Position numbers and translations under genes: made by a program | The notes under the pieces: model-generated | Database searches by the model: none | Told to the model about the DNA's origin: nothing | Seen by the model: only the letters and a program-made list of their open reading frames with translations | Shown here: positions 33,510-33,805 of the stretch, in pieces | How positions within the stretch are numbered: position 1 is the stretch's first letter | How the letters are laid out: every line of letters starts with the position of its first letter | Source: Octopus bimaculoides | Lineage: Eukaryota | DNA length: 33,805 nucleotides | NCBI RefSeq assembly: GCF_001194135.2 | Contig: NC_068997.1 | Coordinates: 9,197,300-9,231,104, forward strand | Direction of reading: 5' to 3'

Positions 33510-33640
33510 CAGTGGAAAGTGGTTGGCATTAGGAAGAACATCCAGCCATAGAAATTATGCCAAAAGCAGAAATTATCGAACTGTCCAACAGTGTGCCAGC
33601 TTAGAAGATGGCCATCAGATGATAATGATGATGATGACGA
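33510..33640 (+). mobile_element. SINE-like repeat with (GAT)n tail
   Basis: The sequence reads gtggttggcattaggaagaacatccagccatagaaattatgccaaaa...gatgataatgatgatg. Confidence 0.55.
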
Positions 33641-33805
33641 ATGTGTGAGTGTGTGTGTGTGTGTGTGTGTGAGTGTGTGTGTGTGTGAGTGTGTGTGTGT
33701 GTCTGTATGCATATATACATATATTTCTTTGTTTATATGTGTATGTGTGTGTATGTTATGTGTGTATATATGTATGTATGTATGTGTGTGTGTATGTTTG
33801 TACAT

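Overview
This is AT-rich (TA/CA/CAT microsatellite-laden) eukaryotic genomic DNA with seven N-gaps. The repeat landscape looks like an octopus/coleoid cephalopod draft assembly; that is an inference from recalled repeat families and was not database-checked. One protein-coding gene can be assembled by hand on the minus strand from three exons: 24721-24673, 8427-8281 and 1990-591. Both introns are GT-AG and phase 1, and the CDS is 1596 nt, giving 531 aa. The ORF track shows only the last exon. The product has a signal peptide ([20 protein letters not shown]) and a complete 10-cysteine Ly6/uPAR (LU, three-finger; Quiver/Sleepless-like) domain ending in the canonical C-N. An unusually long (~400 aa) Asn/Ser-rich, sequon-rich stalk with an acidic tract and a basic patch follows, and the protein ends in a GPI-signal-like hydrophobic C-terminus. 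The rest is intronic or intergenic: tRNA-derived SINE fragments, RTE and R4/Dong-like LINE remnants, mariner fragments, hAT MITEs with 8-bp TSDs, TTAA-flanked piggyBac-type MITEs, micro/minisatellites, and local inverted and direct repeats. No prokaryotic features, CRISPR array, rRNA or intact tRNA gene are supported.
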